Positions 1 through 10,805 of a stretch of 64,000 bases of DNA are shown piece after piece. Below the pieces are notes generated by a model. The model did no database searches, was not told the DNA's origin, and saw only the letters and a program-made list of their open reading frames with translations. Source of the stretch: Acidimicrobiales bacterium (GTDB lineage: Bacteria > Actinomycetota > Acidimicrobiia > Acidimicrobiales > SHLQ01); contig OZ244202.1 in assembly GCA_965216815.1 (NCBI GenBank), forward strand, positions 1,297,762 to 1,361,761. The letters run 5' to 3'. The position numbers and the translations under genes are program-made. Numbering within the stretch: position 1 is the stretch's first letter; every line of letters begins with the position of its first letter.

Positions 1-1
1 T

Positions 2-478
2 GTCGACGAGATGTTCACGCGCATCAGCGACATCGATGCTTCCGAGGAGGACAAGATCCTCTACGGACGTCTCATCTTTGACAACGCGAGCGGAGCCGGA
101 GCCTTCAACTGCGCTCGCTGTCACACCCCTGGGTTCTCCTACGGTGCGACGAGCGAGGTGACGACCGAGGAGCTCCTCGAAGAAAACCCAGCGCTCGCCG
201 AGACAGGAATCCTCACCGGCTACTCACCGGGCGGTGGCTATTTCGGCTGGAACCTCACCGGCGGCTCGACGGTCAGGCAATTCCCGAGCACCGCCGATCA
301 CGCCGATTTCATCTCGGCCGGGTCGGAGAACGGCGTTCAGTACGGACAGGCCGGACAGGGCAGTGGACAGATGCCGGGCTTCGGTGGCCGCACCGACGAC
401 GACCTCGGTGTCGAATGGACGGCGTTGCTGGCGCCGGAGCAGATCGAAGCCGTCGTCGCGTACGAAAGAAGCTTGTAG
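2..478 (+). CDS. cytochrome c, C-terminal part (5' end outside window)
   Basis: Frame is open from the window edge. Haem-binding CxxCH (FNCARCH) and a distal Met-type motif (GQMPGFGG). Stop TAG at 476-478. Confidence 0.6.
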   Translation, partial: VDEMFTRISDIDASEEDKILYGRLIFDNASGAGAFNCARCHTPGFSYGATSEVTTEELLEENPALAETGILTGYSPGGGYFGWNLTGGSTVRQFPSTADHADFISAGSENGVQYGQAGQGSGQMPGFGGRTDDDLGVEWTALLAPEQIEAVVAYERSL

Positions 479-1498
479 ATGTTGGCGCTCCTTCCGACTC
501 TCGCAGGTATCGCCTGGGACCCGACCATTCGCGGCCTTCTCACGGTTCTCGTCGGCGTTGCAGTCCTCTTCGGCTCGATCTGGCTGATCATCGCAACCAA
601 CACAGGTGCGCGGGTCGGAACTCTCATAGCCCTTTCGGGCCTGTTCGGCTGGATGGCGATCATGGGCCTGCTTTGGTGGGTCTACGGCATCGGCTGGGCC
701 GGTGATCCTCCGACCTGGGAGACGGTCGACGTCAATCGAAGCCCACTTTCTGAATCGGTCGTCGAGGAAGCGACGATGCTGCCCGACAGACCCGACCTGA
801 TCGCGACCTACGGCACTCCATTCGAGCTCGTCGAGGCATCCGGCAACGAAACCGCCATCGCCGAGTTCGATCCCGAACTTAGCCCCGAGGACACCGAAGG
901 CCTCACCGAAGAAGAGGCCGCGGCAGCGCAGGCCGACTCGAACCTCAAGGCCGAGCTCGTCACCTATTCCGACGTCGCCGCGGTGACGCCCGAGGTCATC
1001 GACGACGCCGGCATGGACTTCGGTGGGTGGGACCTGCTCTCGACCGCCGAGTCGGGCGAGGCCCAAACGCAGGCGTCGGCAGATCTGTTGGAGGTGGGCG
1101 AGTTCGATGGCGCCGAGGAGTTCAAGTTCCTCGAGGCCTACGACATCGGCGGCAAGGAGAGCCTCGACGACGACCCGACCCGATGGGACCGCATCGCGCT
1201 GAGCTTCGAGAACGCCGTGCGGCTCGAGCACCCGACCCGCTATGCGGTGGTTCAAGTTCAACGTGTAATAGAACAGGAGACCGTGCCGGGAGAGGCCCCG
1301 CCCCGTCCCCAGCCCGATGAGGACGAGCCGGTCATCTCGGTCGTCATGGTTCGCAACCTCGGCGACCGGCGACTCCCGCCTGCGCTGTTCACGACTGGAT
1401 CCCTGCTGATCTTCCTCACGCTTTGCTACATGCTCCACACACGCGACAAGGAGCTGATGCGACGCCGCGCAGCGTTCGAAGCCGGCGAGGAGTACTGA
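479..1498 (+). CDS. hypothetical membrane protein with large acidic domain
   Basis: ATG abuts the preceding stop (TAGATG). Three hydrophobic N-terminal helices and one C-terminal helix flank a very Asp/Glu-rich segment. No family recognised. Confidence 0.55.
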   Translation: MLALLPTLAGIAWDPTIRGLLTVLVGVAVLFGSIWLIIATNTGARVGTLIALSGLFGWMAIMGLLWWVYGIGWAGDPPTWETVDVNRSPLSESVVEEATMLPDRPDLIATYGTPFELVEASGNETAIAEFDPELSPEDTEGLTEEEAAAAQADSNLKAELVTYSDVAAVTPEVIDDAGMDFGGWDLLSTAESGEAQTQASADLLEVGEFDGAEEFKFLEAYDIGGKESLDDDPTRWDRIALSFENAVRLEHPTRYAVVQVQRVIEQETVPGEAPPRPQPDEDEPVISVVMVRNLGDRRLPPALFTTGSLLIFLTLCYMLHTRDKELMRRRAAFEAGEEY

Positions 1499-1501
1499 GC
1501 T

Positions 1502-1975
1502 GTGCTCGGGCAGTACCTGCCGGTACTCGGGCTACTCATTCTGGCGGTGATCTTCGGTGTCGGAGGCTACGCGACCGCTGGTCTGCTCGCGCCCCGAAGC
1601 CCAAACGACAAGAAGGCGGCGCCATATGAATGTGGCATCATCCCGGCAAAGGAGACGCCCGAGCGGTTTCCGGTAACGTTCTTCCTCGTCGCGATGATCT
1701 TCATCGTGTTCGACGTCGAGATCATCTTCCTCTATCCCTGGGCGGTCGCCAACGGCTCGCTCGGCGTGTTTGGATTGGTCGCGGTGCTGCTGTTCTCGTT
1801 TCTCGTCTTCGAGTCGTTCGTGTACCTCATCAGCAACGGCGCGCTCGAATGGGGTCCCATATCGAAGGCGCGCCGGCTCCGCACGCCGATGGTGTCGGCA
1901 GACCGCACGGCTTCGACCACTATCCGTCGCGTAGGCCTCGAGGGTCGCAAACCGGCCGATGGCGAGGCCGCCTGA
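1502..1975 (+). CDS. nuoA: NADH-quinone oxidoreductase subunit A
   Basis: NuoA signature YECG..P...PERFPV.FFLVAM.F.VFDVE..FLYPWA. First gene of the nuoA-N order. Confidence 0.9.
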   Translation: MLGQYLPVLGLLILAVIFGVGGYATAGLLAPRSPNDKKAAPYECGIIPAKETPERFPVTFFLVAMIFIVFDVEIIFLYPWAVANGSLGVFGLVAVLLFSFLVFESFVYLISNGALEWGPISKARRLRTPMVSADRTASTTIRRVGLEGRKPADGEAA

Positions 1976-2549
1976 GATGGGATTCGACGACGTGCGCGAG
2001 CACGGCCTCGAAGGACTCGACCACAACTTCCTGACCGGCAAGCTCGAGGACCTCGTCAAGTGGAGCCGCACGCGCAGTTGCTGGCCGGCGACGTTCGGGT
2101 TGGCGTGTTGTGCGATCGAGATGATGGCGACCGGCGGCGCACACTACGACCTCGCTCGATACGGCATGGAGGTCTTTCGCGCCTCGCCACGCCAGGCCGA
2201 CCTGATGATCGTTGCAGGCCGGGTCTCCCAGAAGATGGCGCCGGTGCTGCGTCAGGTCTATGACCAGATGGTCGAACCCAAGTGGGTCATCTCGATGGGG
2301 GTCTGCGCATCGAGCGGCGGCATGTTCAACAACTATGCGATCGTCCAGGGCGTCGACCAGGTCGTACCCGTCGACGTCTATGCGCCAGGGTGCCCGCCCG
2401 GTCCCGAGACCCTCATGCACGCGATTCTGACGCTGCACGACCAGATCGAATCGGGCGAGCTGACACGGCGCCGTGAGGAGAACACCCCGACGGTCGTCGA
2501 GCAGCGAGACGGCCAGACCGCCGCAGGCGCGACGCTCGGGAGCCGGTGA
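1959..2549 (+). CDS. nuoB: NADH-quinone oxidoreductase subunit B
   Basis: [20 protein letters not shown] and PGCPP (N2 cluster ligands). Alternative start ATG 1977. Confidence 0.92.
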   Translation: MARPPEMGFDDVREHGLEGLDHNFLTGKLEDLVKWSRTRSCWPATFGLACCAIEMMATGGAHYDLARYGMEVFRASPRQADLMIVAGRVSQKMAPVLRQVYDQMVEPKWVISMGVCASSGGMFNNYAIVQGVDQVVPVDVYAPGCPPGPETLMHAILTLHDQIESGELTRRREENTPTVVEQRDGQTAAGATLGSR

Positions 2550-3082
2550 GCGTGAGCGACTCCGCCGACGAGGCGACGCCCGAGGACGACGCGCCCGACA
2601 CCGAGGTCGCCGCCGAATCGCCGCGCAGCTACGGCGCTGTTCATGTCCCCGACGACCCGACCGTCCTGTTCCCGACGCTCGACGAGTACGCGGCGACGGT
2701 CGAGGCACTGCGTGACGACGGGTTCCGCATGGTTATCGACCTCACCGCAGTCGACTACCTCACCCATCCGGGTCGTGCGCTTCCGCCAACGGTCGAAGCG
2801 GCAAGGTTCGAGGTCGTCGCGAGCCTCATCGATCACGCCCACCGCCGGCGGGTACGGATCAGACTGCAGGTCGCGGAGGGCGATGTCGTCCCGAGCCTGT
2901 TCGACCTCTTCCCCGGCACCGAGGCGATGGAACGCGAAGTGTTCGACATGTTCGGCATCGCGTTCAGCGACCACCCCGACCTCACCCGCATCCTCATGCC
3001 CGAGGACTGGAACGGTCACCCGCTGCGCAAGGACTACGCCATCGGTGAGATCCCGGTGCAGTTCAAGGCGGTCGGGAAGTGA
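2546..3082 (+). CDS. nuoC: NADH-quinone oxidoreductase subunit C
   Basis: [35 protein letters not shown] overlap with nuoB stop. Confidence 0.9.
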   Translation: MSVSDSADEATPEDDAPDTEVAAESPRSYGAVHVPDDPTVLFPTLDEYAATVEALRDDGFRMVIDLTAVDYLTHPGRALPPTVEAARFEVVASLIDHAHRRRVRIRLQVAEGDVVPSLFDLFPGTEAMEREVFDMFGIAFSDHPDLTRILMPEDWNGHPLRKDYAIGEIPVQFKAVGK

Positions 3083-4401
3083 CGGCGCCGATGGTCGACG
3101 CCGAGGAGCACGGCGCCGCCGAGACCGCCGATCGCGTTCGCCTGCGCGAGGGATCTGCGGTGTTGCGGATGTCCGAATCGGAGATGGCTGCGGGCGGGTT
3201 CGCCGACGAGGAGGAACACGACGATCACGCGCTCGGCGAGGAGACCATGTTGATGAACATGGGTCCCTCCCATCCGTCCACACACGGTGTGTTGCGCCTC
3301 ATGCTCGAGATGCGCGGCGAGACGATCCTCAGGTCGAAGCCGGTCATCGGCTACCTGCACACCGGCATGGAGAAGACCGGCGAGGAGCTCACCTACCTCC
3401 AGGGAGCCACAAACGTCACCCGCATGGACTACGCGTCGCCGCTGTTCAGCGAGCTTGCGTTCTCGCTGGCGGTCGAACAACTGCTCGAACTCGAGATACC
3501 CGAACGTGCGACGTGGATCCGCATGCTCATGTCCGAGCTTAACCGCATGTCGTCGCACCTGTTGTTCATGGCCACCAACGGCATGGATCTCGGAGCCGTG
3601 TCGATGATGCTCTACGGGTGGCGCGAGCGCGAAGAGGTGCTGCGCTTCTTCGAGATGACCAGCGGCCTGCGGATGAACCACAACTACATTCGGCCCGGCG
3701 GCGTCGCGGCCGATCTGCCCGACGGGTGGCAGGGCGAGGTGCAGCGCCTGTTGGACCTCATCGAGCCCCGCATGGCGGAGTACGACACCCTCATGACTGG
3801 GCAGCCGATATGGCGCGATCGGCTCCAGGGGGTCGGTGTGCTCAACGCCGAGGAGGCGCTGGCACTCTCGACGACCGGGCCGCTGCTACGCTCCACCGGC
3901 TATGCGTGGGATCTTCGTCGCGACATGCCGTACCTCGCGTACGACCAGGTCGAATTCGACGTAATCGTCGGAACCTACGGCGACAGCTTCGACCGTTACG
4001 CGATTCGGCTCAACGAGATCCGCGAGTCGATGCGCATCATCTCCCAGATCCTCGACCGCATGCCGAGCGGCGACTACCGGGTGCAGGACAAGAAGGTCAC
4101 GCCCCCGCCACGTGGCCGCATCGACGAGTCGATGGAGGCCCTCATCCATCATTTCAAGATCTTCACCGAGGGCTTCAAGGTCCCGGTCGGCGAGTCCTAC
4201 GCCGCCGTCGAGTCGCCTCGCGGCGAGCTCGGCTGCTACATCGTGTCCGACGGCACGTCGAAGCCGTATCGCCTGCGCGTCCGTCCCCCGAGCTTCATCA
4301 ACCTCCAGACCCTGCCCCACCTTCTCGCCGACGGAGTGGTCGCCGACGCCGTCGCCGTTATCAGCAGCGTCGACCCGATCATGGGAGAGGTCGACCGATG
4401 A
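3079..4401 (+). CDS. nuoD: NADH-quinone oxidoreductase subunit D
   Basis: NMGPSHPSTHGVLRL, GYLHTGMEK, TRMDY and C-terminal DPIMGEVDR. About 55 aa acidic N-terminal extension. Confidence 0.93.
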   Translation: MTAPMVDAEEHGAAETADRVRLREGSAVLRMSESEMAAGGFADEEEHDDHALGEETMLMNMGPSHPSTHGVLRLMLEMRGETILRSKPVIGYLHTGMEKTGEELTYLQGATNVTRMDYASPLFSELAFSLAVEQLLELEIPERATWIRMLMSELNRMSSHLLFMATNGMDLGAVSMMLYGWREREEVLRFFEMTSGLRMNHNYIRPGGVAADLPDGWQGEVQRLLDLIEPRMAEYDTLMTGQPIWRDRLQGVGVLNAEEALALSTTGPLLRSTGYAWDLRRDMPYLAYDQVEFDVIVGTYGDSFDRYAIRLNEIRESMRIISQILDRMPSGDYRVQDKKVTPPPRGRIDESMEALIHHFKIFTEGFKVPVGESYAAVESPRGELGCYIVSDGTSKPYRLRVRPPSFINLQTLPHLLADGVVADAVAVISSVDPIMGEVDR

Positions 4402-5027
4402 GCAGGCTCACCGGGGAGGCGCTCGATACCGCGCACGAGATCATCGGTCGATACCCGAGATCCAAATCGGCGCTCATCCCGCTCTTGCATCTCGCGCAGG
4501 AGCTCGACGGCTACGTCGCCGACGACGCGATGGAACAGCTCGCCGAGCTCGTCGGCTGCACACCAGCTGAGGTGATCGGAACGGCGAGCTTCTACGAGAT
4601 GTTCAAGTTCCACCCGACGGGCACCTACCTGGTCAACGTGTGCACGAACATCTCATGCCAGCTGCTGGGAGGCGAAGAGCTCTACGAACATGCCTCCGAG
4701 ACACTCGGCGTGCGCAGCGGCGGAACTACCGAAGACGGCAAGTTCACGCTCGAGGATGTCGAATGCGTTGCTGCTTGCACCGAGGCACCCTGTTTCCAGG
4801 TCAACTATCGCTACGTGCACCGCGCCGACACCGAGGTGTTCGACCAGGTAATCGACGACCTCAAGGCGGGTCGACGACCTGCCGCGCTCGCCGACGATGG
4901 TCACGACGACGTCGCGCCCCACGGAACTGTCGCGAGAGTCCGCCAACACATTCCCGAAGACCGTGGCGCCGGCATAGTCCCTCCCGAACAGGCACCGACC
5001 GCTCCCCACTGGTTGGAGGAGTCGTGA
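4398..5027 (+). CDS. nuoE: NADH-quinone oxidoreductase subunit E
   Basis: Real start is the ATGA overlap with nuoD, inside the longer track ORF 3618-5027. SALIPLLHLAQE and four Cys typical of the 2Fe-2S site (CTNISC...CVAAC). Confidence 0.9.
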   Translation: MSRLTGEALDTAHEIIGRYPRSKSALIPLLHLAQELDGYVADDAMEQLAELVGCTPAEVIGTASFYEMFKFHPTGTYLVNVCTNISCQLLGGEELYEHASETLGVRSGGTTEDGKFTLEDVECVAACTEAPCFQVNYRYVHRADTEVFDQVIDDLKAGRRPAALADDGHDDVAPHGTVARVRQHIPEDRGAGIVPPEQAPTAPHWLEES

Positions 5028-5034
5028 ACCGACG

Positions 5035-6441
5035 ATGAGCGGATACGTGCCGCACGCTCCCGGGTATGTCGACAACGACGGGCCGAAAATCGTCACGCAG
5101 CGATTCGGATACGACGACTCGTACACGCTCGACCGCGCCCGGGCCACCGGCGCCTACGAAGGGCTGAAGGCGGCGCTGGCGATGAAGCCCAGCGATGTTC
5201 ACACCGAGGTGCGCGAGGCGGTGCTTCTCGGTCGGGGCGGCGCCGGGTTCCCGGCCGGCGTGAAATGGGGGTTCCCACCCGAAGGTGTGTGGCCGCGCTA
5301 TTTGGTTGTCAACGGAGACGAGAGCGAGCCGGGCACGTACAAGGACCGTCTGCTCATGGAGCGCGATCCTCATCAGCTCATCGAAGGGTGCCTCATCACC
5401 TGCTATGCGCTCGGACTCTCGCAGTGCTTCCTCTACGTGCGAGGAGAGATGGCGCTCGCCCAGGAACGCATAGCGACCGCGCTCAATGAGGCCTATGCCG
5501 CCAGCCTCGTCGGACGCGACATCCTCGGCAGCGACTTCTCGGTCGACATAACTCTCCACTGGGGTGCAGGCGCCTACATCGTCGGTGAGGAGACAGCGCT
5601 CATCGAGAGCCTCGAGGGGAACCGGGGCATGCCCCGCCTCAAGCCTCCTTACTTCCCTGCGGCCATCGGCCTCTACGGCAAACCGACGATCGTCAACAAC
5701 GTCGAGACCCTCTCGAATCTCGGCTGGATCGTCGCCAACGGCGCCGACGCCTACAAGTCGTTCGGAAGCGAGGCGTCGCCCGGCACCCGGCTGTTTGCCG
5801 TGTCGGGACATGTCAAGCGCCCGGGCGTGTACGAGGTCGAACACGGGGTCACGACCTTTCGCGAGCTCATCTACGACGACAACTACTGCCAGGGCATCCG
5901 CGAAGGGCACGCGCTCAAGATGTTCATCCCCGGCGGCGGATCGGCGCCGTGGTTCTTCCCCGAGCACGTCGACCTGCCGCTCGAGAGCCGCGAGGTCGGG
6001 ACGGCCGGGTCGATGCTCGGGTCGGGTGCGATCGTGATCATGGACGACTCCACCGACGCCGTGCGTGCATGTCTTCGCGTCGTGCGGTTCTTCGCCCGCG
6101 AGTCGTGTGGCAAGTGCACTCCGTGTCGCGAAGGCACGACCTGGGAGGAGCGCATCCTCCAGCGGATCCTCGACGGACACGGGCGGCCGAGCGACATCGC
6201 CATGCTCCTCGATGTCGCCGACAACATCAGCCCGGGCCCTTATCCGGTCGCCTCGTTCGAGGAACGGTCACTCGACGCGGTGCCGTTCCCACCGAAACAG
6301 ACCACTATCTGTCCGCTCGGGCCCTCGTCGGTCGCCCCGATCGTCTCCGCGATCCGCCGATTCCGCCACGAGTTCGAAGACAAGATCACTCGCACCGAAT
6401 CGCTCACCCTCACCCCCGACCCAGCGGGGGCAGGCTCATGA
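5035..6441 (+). CDS. nuoF: NADH-quinone oxidoreductase subunit F
   Basis: GRGGAGFP.G.KW, NGDESEPGT.KDR and ESCGKCTPCREG (FMN/NADH site and N3 cluster). Confidence 0.95.
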   Translation: MSGYVPHAPGYVDNDGPKIVTQRFGYDDSYTLDRARATGAYEGLKAALAMKPSDVHTEVREAVLLGRGGAGFPAGVKWGFPPEGVWPRYLVVNGDESEPGTYKDRLLMERDPHQLIEGCLITCYALGLSQCFLYVRGEMALAQERIATALNEAYAASLVGRDILGSDFSVDITLHWGAGAYIVGEETALIESLEGNRGMPRLKPPYFPAAIGLYGKPTIVNNVETLSNLGWIVANGADAYKSFGSEASPGTRLFAVSGHVKRPGVYEVEHGVTTFRELIYDDNYCQGIREGHALKMFIPGGGSAPWFFPEHVDLPLESREVGTAGSMLGSGAIVIMDDSTDAVRACLRVVRFFARESCGKCTPCREGTTWEERILQRILDGHGRPSDIAMLLDVADNISPGPYPVASFEERSLDAVPFPPKQTTICPLGPSSVAPIVSAIRRFRHEFEDKITRTESLTLTPDPAGAGS

Positions 6442-6473
6442 GTAGGACACGGGGACAGACCCCCTGTCCTACT
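6441..6473. repeat. 33-nt near-palindromic element (copy 1), nuoF/nuoG spacer
   Basis: agtaggacacggggacagaccccctgtcctact. 9-bp outer and 4-bp inner stem. It starts on the last base of the nuoF TGA. Confidence 0.65.
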
Positions 6474-6487
6474 CGGACGGCCGCGTC

Positions 6488-8941
6488 ATGAGCGACACCG
6501 CTGAGTCAGAGATGCCAGAGCCGACGGGCATCGTCGTGAACGGCACCGAGGTGCCGTTCGACGACGGAGAACTGCTCATCGACGCCTGCGAGCGGCACGG
6601 CGTACACATCCCACGGTTCTGCTATCACCCGCGCATGGAACCGGTCGGCATGTGTCGCATGTGTCTCGTCGAGGTCGACACCGGGCGCGGCGCCGCCCTC
6701 CAACCGTCGTGCATGCTCTCCTGCAGCCCCGGAATGATCGTCGAGACCGAGTCGGACGCGACGAAGAAGGCACAAGACGGGGTGCTCGAGTTCCTCCTCA
6801 TCAACCATCCGCTCGACTGCCCCGTCTGCGACAAGGGCGGCGAATGCCCGCTTCAGGACAACGCCTTCGCATACGGCCCCGGCGAAAGTCGGTTCGTCGA
6901 GGAGAAACGGCACTACGAAAAGCCGATCGCGATCAGCGATACGGTCTTCCTCGACCGTGAACGCTGCATCCTGTGTGATCGATGCACCCGTTTCGCTGCC
7001 GACGTGGCCGGCGATGCCCTCATCCATTTCCAAGACCGCGGTGCACAGACCGAGGTCAACACATTTCCCGACCATCCGTTCGCCTCCTACTTCAGCGGCA
7101 ACACGGTGCAGATCTGTCCGGTCGGAGCGCTCACGGCGAAGCCCTACAGGTTCAAGGCTCGGCCCTGGGATCTCGACGAGGTCGAATCGACGAGTTCGCT
7201 CGACTCGGTCGGTGCCCGCATAGCGGTCCAGTCGTCGCGCAACCAGGTGTTGCGCTACCAGGGTGTCGACTCCGACGCTGTCAACTGGGGCTGGCTCAGC
7301 GACAAGGAGCGCTTCAGCTTCGAGGCGTGGAACAGCGACGAGCGTCTGACCGAACCGAAGATCCAGGTCGGCACGAACCTCGAGGATGCTTCTTGGTCCG
7401 ACGCGCTCGCCGCCGCAGCCGACGTTTTGAGCGTCGTCGATCCCCAGCGTGTCGCGGTACTCGGCGGAGCCCGGCTCACAAACGAAGCCCAGTTCGTGTG
7501 GACCAAGCTGGCAAAGGGATTCGTCGGGACCGACAACGTCGACGCTCAACTCGACGACGGCCTGTCTCCGGAGTTCTTGTTCGCCACACCGCGCGTCACC
7601 ATCGACCAGGCTTGCGAAGAGGGTGGCACCATTGTCCTGCTGGGCCCCGACCCGCGCGAGGACCTCGGGAGCCTGTATCTACGGCTCCGTCGCGCCGTGG
7701 TCGACGACGGTGCCCGACTCGTCGAGCTGACCCCTCGAGCGACGGGGCTCACCGAGCATGCGGTGGCGTCGTTGCGGGTCAGGCCCGGCGATGCCGTCGA
7801 TGTTGCCCGTGCGCTGGTCGATGGTGCGACCACCGAAGTCGGAGGTGTCGCGCTGGGCGACCTCGACGCAGCGCGCCGCGTGCTCGAAGGCCCGGTGACG
7901 ATCGTCGCCGGACGTCCCAACCTCGCTGAACAGGCAGTGGTCACCGAGGCGGCCATCGCCGAGCTGCTTCGCCTTGACGGTGCGCGCCTTCTCTCCACGC
8001 TCCGCCGAGGCAACGTGCACGGTGCTCTGGACATGGGCATGTCGCCGGGTTGGCTGCCCGGACGTCAGCCGCTGGGAACCGCGTTCGATTGGCCGTCGAC
8101 GCCGTCCAATCGCGGTCTCGACTGCGCCGGCATGCTGGCGGCAGCAGCCCGTGGAGACATCGACGTATTGGTCCTCCTCGGCGCAGATCCCATGGTCGAT
8201 GTTCCCGACCTCGCGCTGGCCCGCAAAGGTGTGGCCGGCGCCAAGACCGTGATTGCTATCGACACCTTCATCACGGCGTCGGTTGGCGAGGCCAACATCG
8301 TCCTGCCTGCGGCCGCGCCCGACGAACGCGAAGGTACGTTCACCAACCTCGAGGGTCGCCTGAGCGTGCTCGCGCAGAAGGTGACCCCCAAGGGGTCGGC
8401 CCGGGCCGATTGGGTGATCGCGGTCGAGCTCGCGGATCGGCTCGGTTTCGATCTGGGCATCGAGTCGCTCGACGATGTCTGGACTGAGCTCGCGTCGCGT
8501 ACCACTTCGTACGCGGGGCTCGACCTCGAACAACTCGCCGCGGCCCAGCGCGAGGGAGTGGTCGCAGAGCATCCGGCGAGCGGTAGCAACGGCGATGTCG
8601 ATTTCGACGCACCCTCGAACGACGCCTACTCGCTGCGACTGATCGCCACCCGCAAGATGTACGACGGTGGTGCCATCGTGTCCCGTTGCCCGTCGGGCGC
8701 ATCCAACACGATCGACGCCCACGTGGAGGTTCACCCGCTCGACCTCGAAAAGCTCGGCGTGACATCGGGTGACCGGATGAAGGTCTCATCGCCGGCAGGG
8801 TCGGTATTCGCAGCCGTTACCGCGACAGACGACGTGCCCCGCGGCGCGGCCGCGGTCGTAGTCAATCAACCCGACCTCGACATACGCGGGCTGATCGTCG
8901 GTGACGGCGCGGTCACCGACGTTCGGATCGAGCAGCCATGA
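6488..8941 (+). CDS. nuoG: NADH-quinone oxidoreductase subunit G
   Basis: N-terminal 2Fe-2S and 4Fe-4S Cys motifs (CRMCLVEV, HPLDCPVCDKGGECPLQ, CILCDRCTRF), then a molybdopterin-oxidoreductase-like domain. Confidence 0.93.
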   Translation: MSDTAESEMPEPTGIVVNGTEVPFDDGELLIDACERHGVHIPRFCYHPRMEPVGMCRMCLVEVDTGRGAALQPSCMLSCSPGMIVETESDATKKAQDGVLEFLLINHPLDCPVCDKGGECPLQDNAFAYGPGESRFVEEKRHYEKPIAISDTVFLDRERCILCDRCTRFAADVAGDALIHFQDRGAQTEVNTFPDHPFASYFSGNTVQICPVGALTAKPYRFKARPWDLDEVESTSSLDSVGARIAVQSSRNQVLRYQGVDSDAVNWGWLSDKERFSFEAWNSDERLTEPKIQVGTNLEDASWSDALAAAADVLSVVDPQRVAVLGGARLTNEAQFVWTKLAKGFVGTDNVDAQLDDGLSPEFLFATPRVTIDQACEEGGTIVLLGPDPREDLGSLYLRLRRAVVDDGARLVELTPRATGLTEHAVASLRVRPGDAVDVARALVDGATTEVGGVALGDLDAARRVLEGPVTIVAGRPNLAEQAVVTEAAIAELLRLDGARLLSTLRRGNVHGALDMGMSPGWLPGRQPLGTAFDWPSTPSNRGLDCAGMLAAAARGDIDVLVLLGADPMVDVPDLALARKGVAGAKTVIAIDTFITASVGEANIVLPAAAPDEREGTFTNLEGRLSVLAQKVTPKGSARADWVIAVELADRLGFDLGIESLDDVWTELASRTTSYAGLDLEQLAAAQREGVVAEHPASGSNGDVDFDAPSNDAYSLRLIATRKMYDGGAIVSRCPSGASNTIDAHVEVHPLDLEKLGVTSGDRMKVSSPAGSVFAAVTATDDVPRGAAAVVVNQPDLDIRGLIVGDGAVTDVRIEQP

Positions 8942-10143
8942 TCACATTGGGCCTGTTCGCCGCGGACCCGCTCCTGTCGGGCGACGTCGATCTCGGCGTC
9001 GTGGCCATCGTGTTGGTCAAGGTCGTGTTTGTTTTCGTGTTGTTGATCGTGTCGGTCATGTTGATGATCTGGGCCGAACGCAAAGTCGTCAGCGACATGC
9101 AGAACCGCATCGGTCCGACCCGTGCCGGACCCTGGGGAATCCTCCAGACGCTCGCCGACGGCCTGAAGCTGATCTTCAAGGAAGACCTCATTCCCGACAA
9201 GGCCGACGCCACCATTTTCAAGCTGGCGCCCTTCTTGGCGCTGGTCCCGGCATTCGTAACGTTCTCGATCGTCCCTATCGGCGGGAACTTCGAGGACAGG
9301 GGTGGCGTCGTCCGCCTGTTCGGCCAGGACACGTTCCTTCAACTCGCCGATCCCCCGATCGGCCTTCTGCTGTTCCTGGCGATGTCGTCGATCGCGGTAT
9401 ACGGCATCATGCTCGCCGGCTGGTCGTCGGGGTCGAAATACCCGTTGCTCGGTTCGGTCAGGGCTTCGTCGCAGATGATCTCCTATGAGGCGGCGCTCGG
9501 TCTGGCCATCGCAGCGGTGTTCCTCCAGGCCGAGTCACTGTCGACCCACACGATCGTCATCGAGCAGACGACCTGGCGCTGGAACCTCTGGTTCACCGGG
9601 TTCGTCCCCGCGGTGGTGTTCCTCATCGCAGCCACCGCCGAGCTCAATCGGCCGCCGTTCGACCTCGTCGAAGCCGAACAGGAGCTGGTCGGGGGCTTTC
9701 ACACCGAGTACACGTCGATTCGCTTCGCGCTGTTCTACCTCGCCGAGTTCATGAACACGATCACGATCTCGGCGATCATCGTCACGATCTTCCTCGGAGG
9801 CCCGAACGGGCCGATTCTCGTCGACTCGGTCGACTGGCTGTGGCCGATCCTGTGGTTCGTGCTCAAGCTCTTCGTATTGCTGTTCACGTTCATCTGGGTG
9901 AGGGCGACGCTGCCGCGGTTCCGCTACGACCAGCTGATGGATCTCGGCTGGAAGCTGCTGATTCCGGTCGGTCTCGGATGGCTGCTGTTCCTGGGGGCTC
10001 GCAACATCGCCGACGACCGCGGTTGGAACCCGATCGCCGTCGTGGCAGCGGCCATAGTGGCCTTCGTCGTGTTCGGACTGCTGCTCGTCAAGGCCATACA
10101 AGCGGGGCGTGAGTCCCGCGATCTCGAAGAGATCGGAGGCTGA
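8938..10143 (+). CDS. nuoH: NADH-quinone oxidoreductase subunit H
   Basis: [12 protein letters not shown] and AELNR.PFDL.EAE.ELV.GFHTEY. ATGA overlap with nuoG. Confidence 0.95.
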   Translation: MITLGLFAADPLLSGDVDLGVVAIVLVKVVFVFVLLIVSVMLMIWAERKVVSDMQNRIGPTRAGPWGILQTLADGLKLIFKEDLIPDKADATIFKLAPFLALVPAFVTFSIVPIGGNFEDRGGVVRLFGQDTFLQLADPPIGLLLFLAMSSIAVYGIMLAGWSSGSKYPLLGSVRASSQMISYEAALGLAIAAVFLQAESLSTHTIVIEQTTWRWNLWFTGFVPAVVFLIAATAELNRPPFDLVEAEQELVGGFHTEYTSIRFALFYLAEFMNTITISAIIVTIFLGGPNGPILVDSVDWLWPILWFVLKLFVLLFTFIWVRATLPRFRYDQLMDLGWKLLIPVGLGWLLFLGARNIADDRGWNPIAVVAAAIVAFVVFGLLLVKAIQAGRESRDLEEIGG

Positions 10144-10145
10144 TC

Positions 10146-10805
10146 ATGGGATACCTCGACGGGTTCCGCGTGACGTTCGCCAAGCTTTTCGAGGAGCGCG
10201 TCACGACCGAGTACCCCGACGAAAAGCGGCCCAAACCCGACCGGATGCACGGTCGGCACGTCCTCAACCGATACGAGGACGGCATGGAGAAGTGCATCGG
10301 GTGTGAATTGTGCGCCGGCGTGTGCCCTGCGAACTGCATCTATGTCCGTGGCGCCGACAATCCTCAGGACGACCCGGTGTCGCCCGGTGAGCGTTACGGA
10401 TTCGTCTATGAGATCAACTACCTGCGGTGCATCCATTGCGACCTCTGTGTAGAGGCCTGCCCAACGGAGGCGATCACCGAGTCGAAGCTGTTCGAGTTCA
10501 GTTTCTCGAACCGCAGCGACGCCATCTACACGAAGGACGAGCTCGTCGTCGACGATGACGGCCGACCCCAGCAGATGCCGTGGGAGGACTGGCGGCCGGG
10601 CGACGACCTCGCGACCTCCGGCTGGATGCGCGCGACGTCGCCATCGGGCGATGCCGGCTACGAGGGCAAGGTCGCGTGGTCGGGCGAGCTCGGCTACGGC
10701 GTCCGCGCCCCCGAGACCGGCCAGGCCTCCGAGCACTCCGGGGGTGGCGGTACCGGTGATCGGGACGGTGCCGACGTGTCTGGGTCCACCGGAGGTGGCG
10801 AGTAA
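10146..10805 (+). CDS. nuoI: NADH-quinone oxidoreductase subunit I
   Basis: Two 4Fe-4S ferredoxin motifs ([24 protein letters not shown]). Gly/Asp-rich C-terminal tail. Confidence 0.93.
   Translation: MGYLDGFRVTFAKLFEERVTTEYPDEKRPKPDRMHGRHVLNRYEDGMEKCIGCELCAGVCPANCIYVRGADNPQDDPVSPGERYGFVYEINYLRCIHCDLCVEACPTEAITESKLFEFSFSNRSDAIYTKDELVVDDDGRPQQMPWEDWRPGDDLATSGWMRATSPSGDAGYEGKVAWSGELGYGVRAPETGQASEHSGGGGTGDRDGADVSGSTGGGE

Noticed and set aside
224-1438. 404-aa minus-strand ORF
   Set aside because: It is antisense to the plus-strand cytochrome c and membrane-protein genes. Its Arg/Gly/Asp/Val-rich composition is typical of a wrong frame in high-GC DNA, and it has no motif.
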